DNA from: Blastocystis sp. subtype 4
Taxonomy: Eukaryota
NCBI RefSeq assembly: GCF_000743755.1
Contig: NW_014569507.1
Location: 1-49,764, forward strand
DNA length: 49,764 bases
Reading direction: 5' to 3'
The notes under the pieces were generated by a model. The model was not told the origin of the DNA. It searched no databases and saw only the letters and a program-made list of their open reading frames with translations. This document shows, in pieces, positions 40,381 through 49,764 of the stretch. Made by a program: the position numbers and the translations under genes. Numbering within the stretch: the first letter of the stretch is position 1; each line of letters opens with the position of its first letter.

Positions 40381-40566
40381 TTTAGATTCCTATTTGTTGA
40401 GAAAACACATCTCTTTTGATTCCGCGGTTCTTTCTTGTTCATAAAGAGTACGGATGTAAAAAAAGATATCTTCATTTGTATTCCTTTATAGAACAAAGAA
40501 GAGGAAAATATCCCAAAACACAATGACTGATTGGTATCAAAAAACAACATACATTTTACATATACT

Positions 40567-40961
40567 TCAGAAATTATCCGAATGTTGCGAAGAAAAAGAG
40601 GACTCTGCTTGATCTAACAGATCGTGTAGTAAAGTAGTATTCTGTTCTATCAAGTTATCGCGCAACGGATGGCTATATGCAACATGCGGATCTACTATTA
40701 AAAAACGAAATAATGCATGCCATCTTGTTTCCGTCTCAGCACTGTTTCAAAACCTATTCATAAAACAAATTACAATGTAATAACGTTTTTGCATAATACT
40801 TTCCATATACTGGTCGTCAAAACGCCTCGAATGGGATGAAAGCATTCGATAGGCTTGTGGGGGTGCTAAAGGTGCTGGCTGAAGTTCGCGACGGTTTCCC
40901 GCGTCACTGCGACGTTACCTCACACATCCACTTTCTACGCTGTAGACGATTCCTCTTTCAT
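40567..40961 (-). CDS. Hidden ~100-aa hypothetical protein, 4 exons, third intron GC-AG
   Basis: MKEESSTADAGNRRELQPAPLAPPQAY...QKRFETVLRRKQDDPHVAYSHPLRDNLIEQNTTLLHDLLDQAESSFSSQHSDNF*. Introns at 40907-40938, 40754-40784 and 40692-40720. Confidence 0.6.
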
Positions 40962-41173
40962 GTTCAAGAATATTCCTGTAGTTCTTAATTACCTAAATCC
41001 GGTTTGGAATTCGGACCTTAATAAGAATCTGCACCATGTTCGACCTCCAAGATCTTATGTATTGCTTCCAATTCGACTGAGTCTCCAATACGGATCTCTC
41101 AAATCGATGTCACTATATGCCTCATTGCCGCGGGAATTATCACATTCCGTTTACTTCATACCAACAACTTGAA

Positions 41174-43145
41174 ATGAAGAACTCTTTCGCCATTTCTCTT
41201 ATTTTCATCACAGTTGCACAATGTGCAGTGATGGATGCCCTCCAACAAAGCGATGTGACGCGTTTCAAGACTTTGTCTCATCGCGTGAATGAGTTTACCG
41301 ATATTAATGACAAATACTATTGTATCCAACTTGCATCGGAATTAAAGGAGAAACTGGAACCCATCGTACAAATCGGCAAAGGTGCGTCTAATCGTGTAGA
41401 ATTGTACTCCGAAGAAAGAAACAGATATGACTATGGAAAGAGAGATGTATTATTATAATGTGTTGAAGTCTGGTAAGTGTAAACCAACTGTTCCTGAATC
41501 TGTGTATGTTATTCTATCTTTGCCTTACATTCTAGATCGCACATTCTTTCAGAAGTGGATTCATTCGTGGATGTTGACTATGCTCTCCAATTCCCCAAAG
41601 TCAAGTATGATGCCAATAAGGTTCATGCTATCAATTGCCTCTCACTTCTAGATTGCTGAAACTGTCTTTAATCGACTGAAAGACTGTTCTTCCTTTTCTT
41701 GTACAACTTTGTCATTTCAAGAGAAGGTAGCAGCTATCAACATTCTGAATCGTTTGTTTGATTCGTTGAATGCTGCTACAAAGACTCGCGTGAAATCATA
41801 CACGACTATTGCTCAGTCTCTTCTTTCCTCCATGATTGCAAAGAAGTAGCCTCATGTTCCCCTACTGATTCTAGATTTGCCGTTCCCGAAGAAGGAGGTT
41901 TTCTTGCCATTACTGATTTGGCTCTTTTTTCTGCAACGCACAATCTATTGACTGAGGATACTACAACATCCATCGCTTCCTACTTCCTTCACTTCCACAC
42001 TACGACTCGTCCTGATGTTGCATTCTCTCTTCTTCGTGTTTTAGCTGTGTTACGTCCGCTAATGCCTTCTTCAGCGATGGCTGTGAAGGGAGAATATCAG
42101 GAAAAGCAAGTCATGATTAGCATCACCGATGTGGATGCGAAGCCTCGTTCAAATCTGTTTGTACTTCTTCGAGAGGGGTCTAATGACCAAATTAGTCTCC
42201 ATTTTGACAAGAATCGATACATTGGGAATGTTGATTTGGAACCTGGAAAGCATGTATTTGCTGTGAAGGTATTTATGAGAACGAAGTCTGACTGATAGGT
42301 CCAGAGTTCAGAGAGAACAAATCTGGCTTCTTTTGATTTGCCAATAATTGTCCCAATTTCTGTCACTATTCCATCTTTCACAGCAATTATTGATGGTGTA
42401 TCCAATGTCTATATGCTTCCTAACGAAGACGCTACGGTACTTGACATGAAACCCAAATCCTTCCTTTCCATTGATGTGAATTCCAAAATTCCTTCCGATT
42501 TTGTTCCACATACAGTAGTCCTTCAAATCGAGTCTAGCAATGGTCAGAAGTATTCACTTCCTATGCATCGTTCTGGAGCAGGTTTCCATGCTGAGATTTC
42601 TCCATCTCGATCTGATATGGCAGCTGCCTTTAACTATGCTGGTGGTGAGTTCAGACTCACGTTCCTCTGTGGGGACAATCTCATTCCAACCCCCCTTCGA
42701 ATACCTCTACTGACTGTGAAGATGGATTTTGGCCCTCGTCCAAAGGATCCTGTGTATCCACTGTATTCAAAGACTTTGATGTATGCAACAGAGATGAGTA
42801 CTGGTCCAATGAAAGAGATCGAACATGTATCAAAACCCGAGAATAAGAACCCATTCTTCTTGTTCCCTGTGACATTCTCATTATTGATTGTAGCTCTTGT
42901 GATTGTGTTGGGAATCGCTTGGATTCGAATTGGGTTCTATTGGAAAGTAGGTCGATGCATAAGAAGATTAGAAGTAGAGAGAGGATGCTACAAAGATGAT
43001 TGCTAAGGGAGTGTTTTTGAGTTGTATTGCTGTTATTACGTTCTTATATGCTCAATTCTGGTTCGGTGGAAATATGGTTACATTGATGAAACGTCTCATC
43101 CCCGTGGTAATCATCTCATTGGTTGCAGGGAATCGTGCCTTGTAA
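41174..43145 (+). CDS. RPN2: Oligosaccharyltransferase subunit ribophorin II (Swp1)
   Basis: Signal peptide and long lumenal domain, then PMKEIEHVSKPENKNP followed by three TM segments ending SLVAGNRAL*. Confidence 0.88.
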
Positions 43146-43218
43146 GAGTGGTTATTGTGCTTTGTCTTGTTGATTACAAACACATTAAGCAATAACAGCG
43201 ACTGCGCATACAACACTA

Positions 43219-45371
43219 TTAGTCGCTGCTTGAATCTGAAGAGGAAGACTCAACCTTCTTAGGAGCAGGCTTAGGAACAGGCTTCTCATCTTCTGAGGAC
43301 GAGGAGTCAGATGAAGATGATTCGATTTTCTTAGGAGCAGGCTTGGGCACAGGCTTCTCATCTTCTGATGAGGATGAATCAGAAGAGGAAGATTCAACCT
43401 TAGGAGCAGGTTTAGGAGCGGGCTTCTCATCTTCTGAAGACGAGGAATCAGATGAAGACACTTCCTTCTTCACAGGCACAGGAGCAGGCTTTTCATCCTC
43501 AGAAGAATCAGATGAGGAGGAAGACACCACCTTCTTGACTGGCTTCTTCACCACAGGTTCCACATCGGAATCCGAATCTGAAGACTCTACCTTCTTTACA
43601 GGCTTCTTCACGTCGGAATCTGAATCCGAATCCGAATCCACCTTCTTTGAAGGCTTCTCATCAGAATCAGCAGGTTCAGGAGATTCATCACCACGCTGTT
43701 CTTTGGCGTTGTCCAACAACAGATCGAAATCAACCTGAGCAAGTTGGATGGACTTAATCTACATGATTAATGGAATGACAAAAAACCGACAGAATTCGCC
43801 AACTGGTCGATGTTCACCTTCTCAGGTAGATGCTTCAAGAAAGCATACAGCTCATTTGCCGACATATCAGTCACCTTATCAGAGTAACTACCAATGACCA
43901 AAATACCCTTAAAAAATACTATTTCAAAATACCACAGGAAATCTTCACCAAACCGAATCCACCTTCCAACAACAGAATATCCCACAATCTCTTTGCCTTT
44001 TCAAAGTTCACACACCGAGTAAACAGTGAGCACATCCAGTCTCGGAGGATCACAGACGAATCAATCTTGGACTCAGAGAAATAGCTGGCTACCTCACTCA
44101 CCTCTTCACCAAGTGCCGACTCGAAGGCAGTACAGTAATCCTTGAATTCCATCTTCCGATCTGGATCCATCACTACGACCATGTACTCTTGGAAGAGATT
44201 TACTGTTGAAGTAAAAGCACTCTCCTGATCTTGGAACTGGAGCAACATGGCAGCCACATAGTTCAAACCATCAAAGTAACCAATGTCAGGACGATATGCA
44301 ACCCACGTCTCGAGCAGCTCACGTAGAGACTAGGAATGATAAGGTTGAATCGATAAAACCTTCTCGAAGTCAGGAGTGTGGAAGGAAGCTTCATTAGGAT
44401 ACACTTCTACAAATCATGAGAAATTGACCATTGATACCCTTAACAGCGTTAGGAATCTCCAGTATCGTCTTTTCATTACCTTCAGTAGGAGCATCAGGAT
44501 TCTGTCCATCATCATCCACCTCCAATCTAACCTTCTCAAACTTTTCACGAAGACCCTTTCCATTCTTCATTGTCACACGATACAGCTTTGCTGCAATACG
44601 GGTTTCCATACCAATCATAGTACTCCAACTCTATACCTCAAATCTATTTCAATTCATAACCATGATACGTGTGTAAGGAAGCATTCCTTCATAGCAAACC
44701 TTCTTAGCTAATGCACCATCACGCTTGTACTTCCAGTTAGGAACCACCTTCTTTGAGAATTCAATATTGTCATTCTCTCGTTTTTTAATACGACGCTGTT
44801 CCAGCCAACTATCGATCAATTCTCATACATGGAAATACCCTTGGAAACCTCCTGACTTCTTTGGCTTCTCGTCCTCTTCAGATTCCTCTTCCTCTTCAGA
44901 GGATTCCTTCTTGGAAGTTTTCTTAGACTTCTCCTCGGATTCGGAATCAGAATCAGTTTCAGACACATTCTTCTTAGCCTTCTTAGGCTTGCTGGCAGTC
45001 TTCTTAGCAGCCTTGGAGTCCGAAGAGTCAGAGTCTGAAGAAGATTCATCTTTCTTTGTAGGCTTCTTATCCGATTCAGAGTCAGAAGAGTCTGATGATG
45101 TTTCAGCCTTCTTTGCAGCAGGGGCCTTTTTGTCTGAATCGCTGTCGGAAGAAGAGTCGTCAGACTTATTGTTACTGGCAGCGGCAACCTTAGGAGGTTC
45201 CGAGTCAGATGAATCCGATGAGGTTTCTACCTTCTTAGCGGCAGGAGCTGGCTTCACGTCAGAATCGCTATCAGATGAAGAACTCAGATCCTTCTTGGAA
45301 GTAGCAATAGGTTTCTTATCAACCTCTGAGTCAGAGCTAGATGTTGTTGTAGAATCAGTATCAGAAGGCAT
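43219..45371 (-). CDS. TBC (Rab-GAP fold) protein, TBC1D12/14-like, flanked by Ser/Asp/Lys-rich regions; catalytic fingers absent
   Basis: LRELLETWVAYRPDIGYFDGLNYVAAMLL and DWMCSLFTRCVNFEKAKRLWDILLLEG. Joined by short introns to both low-complexity ends. Confidence 0.85.
43222..43640 (-). repeat. Coding tandem repeat of about 69-72 nt encoding (V/I)ESSSSDSSSSEDEKP(A/V)PKPAPKK
   Basis: Several near-identical units containing ggcttctcatcttctga / ggagcaggctt, more degenerate toward 43640. Confidence 0.85.
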
Positions 45372-45740
45372 TTGTCTACTAATGTGGTTACAACAAATTC
45401 ATAAACTAATAAATAACTCTCCTACAAGGTATAAAACAAAGTACAGTTGAACAATCTGGACTAAATACGATGATCATGACACAACAGCTATTGGGACATA
45501 GCATCCTATATGATCCCTATTTCCCTTTTATTTTTCGTTAAATTGACTAATTTTGGGACACATCTTTATTATATGTTTTCTTTCTAATCCGCGTTCAATT
45601 ACTCCTTTAAATTATTGCAAAGGTATATACATACAATATAACACTCTCTCTTAAAATGAGAAGATATTATATATGAGACACAAACAATTCGACACCACTG
45701 TGCACTAAGAGAAGTTAATATGTTGAAAACAAACAGCAGA

Positions 45741-46394
45741 TCACTTTTTAATTTCTATTGTTAACTCAGATTGTCCAACACGCAATACATCACCAGTCTT
45801 CAGAGTGACCTCATCCTCCACCAGTTCACTACGTCTTATCAAGTGATTAGAAATCGTACTTGTTCACATAACTATGATTCATACTATTTGTATCCTTGTA
45901 TTTCAGTTGTCCACCTCGAATGAAGAACTACTTATTAAGAATCCAACTTATCTTACTTTTCCATGATATGAAGATACTTCTCGGTCCTTTGATAAACTTA
46001 CTCCATCTTTGATGAACTTATCGAGCGTTGATCGACCGATGAGAGGATAGTTTTTCTATTCATTTTAATATATTCATATAAATACAGATTTGGGCTTAAT
46101 GACAAAGACTTGATCTTTATGTGGTCCTGAGGTACAAGTCAACGTTACTCTCATTTCAATTTCTTAAAATAATAATATAAATAGCACATATACTAATAGG
46201 TTGGCTATTCTCATAAACATCCAATTCCTTTCGACGAGCCTCCTCATATTCTGACATAATTAGTCTACAGAGATCTTGACAGTGAGTGATGATAGCCTAG
46301 CATAAGTCAGTTTGAAAGCACCTACATCTTCAACACTTCTTGCTTTTCTTGATAGAAACTCTTCGACAGTCATATCTTCAACTCTCGTTGTCAT
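45741..46394 (-). CDS. N-terminal helix + FHA domain protein (candidate Survivin/BORI-type CPC subunit)
   Basis: Spliced: MTTRVEDMTVEEFLSRKARSVEDAIITHCQDLCRLIMSEYEEARRKE...TLTCTSGPHKDQVF...LIGRS...SLSKDREVSSYHGK...KDTNSMNHSYVN...LKTGDVLRVGQSEL. TGA is followed by TGTTTGTT. Absent from the ORF track. Confidence 0.8.
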
Positions 46395-46535
46395 TTCCTC
46401 CGTATATCCACTAAACGACTTCTAGGAATGTAGATTCGTATGAATTGCGATTCGGCTAATTGGGTACCCGATTGCGGCAACCGAACCGATCATCTATTCT
46501 TAGCTCTTGTTCTGATTGATTCTAGCTAAGAACCC

Positions 46536-47519
46536 ATGTCGCTTGAAAAGAATCTAGGTATGGGTATCATTCTGTCAGATGATGTGTAGCGATGTTTCGA
46601 ATAACAATCTTTCAAATGTATTGTCTGTTCTTTCTTTTGTTTCTATCTTTAGGAAGTTTTTTCAATTTATAGGAATGATTTGTAGCAAGGGAATTAGTAC
46701 CGCAGAGTCGAATAGGCTTTTTTGTCTACCGTTTCTTCATTTACGATGAGTAGTGGATTATAGGAGTTTCAAATATAGACTCTTCACATATGTTGTTGCT
46801 GGATACCTTATATATGCTATGCGATCACTGGAACTACTTTATGGATGTTATAAAACTATGTCAATTCTATTTACTATTGGCATTTCCTGTATTCTAACCA
46901 AGTTGTTCCTTTCACTCTTTTTCTCTCCTTCGTATGCTGTTATTATGTATCTATCCTCCGAATTTGCGATTTATTGGAGTTGGGATTAAAGATTTCCTCC
47001 ATTCTAGAATCGATTCCTTCTGTTCCTTCTTCCAGTTATCCAGTTTTTAGTTCAATGCGGATATCTGAAAAGATAGCAAACGGAATCCTCCTTCTATTTC
47101 TCGCTCTTTCATGTAGTATTCGAGGTCTGGTTGAAGGTATTGTTGGAATCTACTTAGGTCTTTTCATTCATTATTTATGTACAGAAGAACATATACTAAT
47201 TCCATTTCCAAAGATATTCACATCGATTCTCCTTGTAAGTGATTTGCTTCTATTTCATTTGTAGAAGATAGTAGCGGCATTATTTGAGGACAGACAACGT
47301 TACAGGTCCTTAAGCGTTGATAGCAACACTCCTCTACGATTTGATCAAGAGTGGGATGATGACACATATGTTAGTGACGAAAATATTACACAGTTGATGG
47401 TACCCATGATATGATTCAATAACAAATAGAATATGGGGTTTTCAAGAGTTGAATGTATGAGGGCTTTGCAGCAATGTGATAATGATTTAAATCGAGCAGT
47501 AGAAAGATTAATATCCTAA
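46536..47519 (+). CDS. Rhomboid-like pseudoprotease with C-terminal UBA domain (UBAC2/Dsc2-like)
   Basis: Several TM exons. The terminal UBA domain reads DENITQLMNMGFSRVECMRALQQCDNDLNRAVERL. Confidence 0.75.
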
Positions 47520-47531
47520 CTTTACTGTTTA

Positions 47532-47539
47532 AACAAACA
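47532..47539 (-). terminator. GU-rich polyadenylation element TGTTTGTT
   Basis: Perfect match 4 nt after the in-frame T at 47544. Confidence 0.8.
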
Positions 47540-47543
47540 AATG

Positions 47544-48370
47544 AATCATTCTTCTTCTCCTCAGCAGTCTTTTCGGGTACCTCAGACTTGTCCTCAACCT
47601 TCTTATCAGTTGTCATCTGCTTGAACTGGGTTGAGAGAATGAGGAGGAAACTAAGTAACAACGTACTATTGATGCCTACTAGGACAATCCGCAACCAATC
47701 AGACAAAGAATGATATCTCTCTGATTCTTGGCAATACGCTTATAGAAAAGACGAGGCTCCACCTTCTTTCCCTAAATGAAAATCATCCAACGAAGCTACC
47801 TCACTAATCATGGAATGATGATCTGAAATAGAACGAATCATCTTGTAAAGAGTAGCTAGAAGATAATATAAGAACAAATAAACTACTGAAAAGATTGTAC
47901 ATACAGAACATCATGAAGAATACAAAAGGAAGGGCGTACTGGAAGATTTTCTATAATTAATAAGAAAGAAAGTAGCTACATTAGCATACCCTCTCTTTAA
48001 CATATCAGGAAGAGGCATTGTCATAATGAACAAAGCCACGAAGACAATGAGGTCCAAAAGGCCTACAACAAGCATATTGAAACTAAAGGCATTCAGATTA
48101 TCGCGAATAAATGTATTGGGAGACACCATTTCAAGAATAAAGTGAACACCAAAATCATGACAAAAATGTGTGAAGAATGGAACAATAGAAAAACTACTAA
48201 ATGAACCCTTCAGATCATGACAGTCCGTTTGTAAACAACAGTAGAGATCCAGTGGAATCGACGAAGACAATGAAATGAAACCATTAGTTTGGAAAAGAGG
48301 AGTATTACATGAAACTGGGTCTAGATAATTGAGAGAACAGAATTTAGTTTGTAACACAGAATTTGTAACT
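47544..48370 (-). CDS. Hypothetical multi-pass membrane protein ending in KKND; stop probably completed by poly(A); 5' end unresolved
   Basis: Several hydrophobic exons. The last exon reads ...EKTAEEKKND, then an in-frame T at 47544, CATT and a perfect TGTTTGTT. Confidence 0.65.
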
Positions 48371-48516
48371 TAGTTTAATGAAATGAAGAAGTGATTGATA
48401 CTGTCGATTAGTGATGTTGGTTAGTAGTAGCTGAAGTGTTATAAAAGAATAATTTGCTATATTTTGTGATAATTAACAGACCAGACGTAGAATTCTCTTG
48501 TGTTGTGTTGTTATGA

Positions 48517-49581
48517 ATGATAAGAGAAAGAAAGAAGAATGTAAAATCACGCAAACAATATGATGAGAATGGAATGATGATTATTGCGGGTCTCTTCTAT
48601 GATGTTGAAAAGAAACGATATTTTCCTATTTCTATGAAATCAGATCCCGTATGTGATAAAAATGATAAAAGAGAAATGAAGAAAGAAGTGTTGTTTAAGA
48701 AAGTACCTGTAGTTGAGTTACTATTGAATCGTAAATATAGATTGAATAGTAGAAGAATGGATGAAATGAATGAGTACTTGAGATGGCGAAAGCGTATTTG
48801 GAAGTCAGTTGAAGTTCCTAAAGAAGTGAAATGCATGAATATTAGTATGAAATGGTTATATTTGGGATATCGTGAATGTGTGTTACGATATGAAGTGAGT
48901 GTTTGTGGATTGGGTAATATAAGTGAAGTAGTATATTCATGTATAAGAGGAAATGAAATCATTGATGTGAATGGAGATTGTATATTAGTGACTACTGAAA
49001 GAGGAGTTCGTGTTTTGGATTTGTTTCGAGAGAAAGAGTTATCATTATGTGGTGAATATGTATGTGTGAATCGTTACGAATATGAAGGAAGAAAGTATAT
49101 AATAATTGGTGGAGAACGAGTATGTTTATGGAGTGAAGAAGGATTGAGTGATTTGAAAGTAACTAGTAAGTGTATGAATGTGTTTGTAAATGAGAATGAA
49201 GTGATATTAGGCTTTCGTGATGGTAGTGTAATGTGTTTGAATATGAAAGAAAGAAAACTGAATCGAATTGTGAAGTTGGAATGTTGTATCGTAAGTCTGA
49301 ATATAAATGGAACTCTATTGGGTGTGTGTGATATGAAAGGAAATTGTATGTTATGTGAGAAATTGAATGATCGAGAATGGATGAAAGTGAGGTTGAATAT
49401 GAAAGTTGAGAAAGTGTGTTGTATGAATGCTAGTGTGTTATGTGTGTGTGAAGGAAGTGTTTATGAAGTGAATAGAAAGGGAGAAGTATTGAATAGAATT
49501 GAAAGAGTGAAGTATGCAAGTATTCTGAATGAAGTATGTGTATTGGTGAATAGTGAAGGTGAAATGAGATGGAGTATATGA
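48517..49581 (+). CDS. Intronless divergent WD40/beta-propeller protein with a DCAF4/WDR21-like N-terminal motif
   Basis: IAGLFYDVEKKRYFPI resembles the DCAF4 PGFYFDPEKKRYF motif. Blade-like segments include VILGFRDGSVMCLN and GVCDMKGNCMLCE. Confidence 0.65.
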   Translation: MIRERKKNVKSRKQYDENGMMIIAGLFYDVEKKRYFPISMKSDPVCDKNDKREMKKEVLFKKVPVVELLLNRKYRLNSRRMDEMNEYLRWRKRIWKSVEVPKEVKCMNISMKWLYLGYRECVLRYEVSVCGLGNISEVVYSCIRGNEIIDVNGDCILVTTERGVRVLDLFREKELSLCGEYVCVNRYEYEGRKYIIIGGERVCLWSEEGLSDLKVTSKCMNVFVNENEVILGFRDGSVMCLNMKERKLNRIVKLECCIVSLNINGTLLGVCDMKGNCMLCEKLNDREWMKVRLNMKVEKVCCMNASVLCVCEGSVYEVNRKGEVLNRIERVKYASILNEVCVLVNSEGEMRWSI

Positions 49582-49681
49582 AACATCCAGAATACAGACT
49601 TCTGATGAGAAGATAATTGTGGTGAAGTATTGACATTGAATCAATGGTGGTTGTAGTTGATGTTAGTTGAATAAACAATGA

Positions 49682-49764
49682 ATTGTAGTTCATTTTGATG
49701 ACTTAAAGAATCAGTAGGAATTGAATTATCCTGAGAGATTAGTCCTAAGGATTCTAATCGATTT
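49682..49764 (-). CDS. 3' end of a gene entering from the right edge; candidate poly(A)-completed stop
   Basis: Only one minus-strand frame is open (NRLESLGLISQDNSIPTDSLSHQNELQ). An in-frame T at 49682 is followed by TCAT and TGTTTATT. Confidence 0.4.

Noticed and set aside
40575..40725. U2 snRNA-like string (AGATC.GTGTAGTA...TCTGTTCT.ATCA) and hairpins
   Set aside because: There is no U2 stem I or Sm site and the spacing is wrong. The opposite strand is explained by a spliced coding gene. An Rfam scan would settle it.
40820..40930. GC-rich hairpins ending in ACA (H/ACA, SRP or MRP candidate)
   Set aside because: No family-defining boxes, and the segment coincides with exon 2 and intron 1 of the minus-strand microgene.
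43222..43640. Regularly spaced repeats resembling a CRISPR array
   Set aside because: They are in-frame peptide repeats with synonymous variation, no unique spacers and no cas genes, in a eukaryotic context.
44725..45450. 241-aa plus-strand ORF (also 43343-43738 and 3708-4001)
   Set aside because: Antisense shadows of low-complexity coding sequence.
45372..45740. Longer AT-rich gaps (also 26000-26460 and 36880-37190) as RNA genes or mobile elements
   Set aside because: I found no tRNA, rRNA or snRNA motif, terminal repeat or transposase signal.

Overview
This is gene-dense eukaryotic nuclear DNA, not prokaryotic, so the ORF track is broken up by splicing. Three things point to the gut stramenopile Blastocystis: many 28-35 nt GT-AG introns, intergenic gaps often under 150 nt, and a TGTTTGTT-like element just after gene ends. 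The taxon is inferred and the subtype cannot be determined. I spliced about 28 genes by hand. They include an OCA/Siw14-like pseudophosphatase, a PPR protein, MIC60, a giant Ig-repeat membrane protein, CSE1, mitochondrial bL32, RPS24, RRP43, an OCA2-type transporter, an SMPD4-like protein, AP-3 mu, a GT49 glycosyltransferase, mitochondrial TrpRS, ARL1, an MT-A70 methyltransferase, a hotdog thioesterase, a BLOS1-like protein, ribophorin II, a TBC protein, an FHA protein, a UBAC2-like protein and a DCAF4-like protein. The main findings are: (1) an AMT1/MTA1-type DNA 6mA methyltransferase with an in-frame N-terminal PHD finger that the ORF track misses; (2) a PAS + SLC4/Band-3 cytoplasmic domain + OCA2/P-protein transporter fusion; (3) at least four genes whose stop codon is probably made by polyadenylation, one of which would expose a KKxx ER-retrieval signal; (4) a Survivin-helix + FHA protein; (5) two apparent pseudoenzymes. 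Family calls come from motif recognition by eye; no searches were run.
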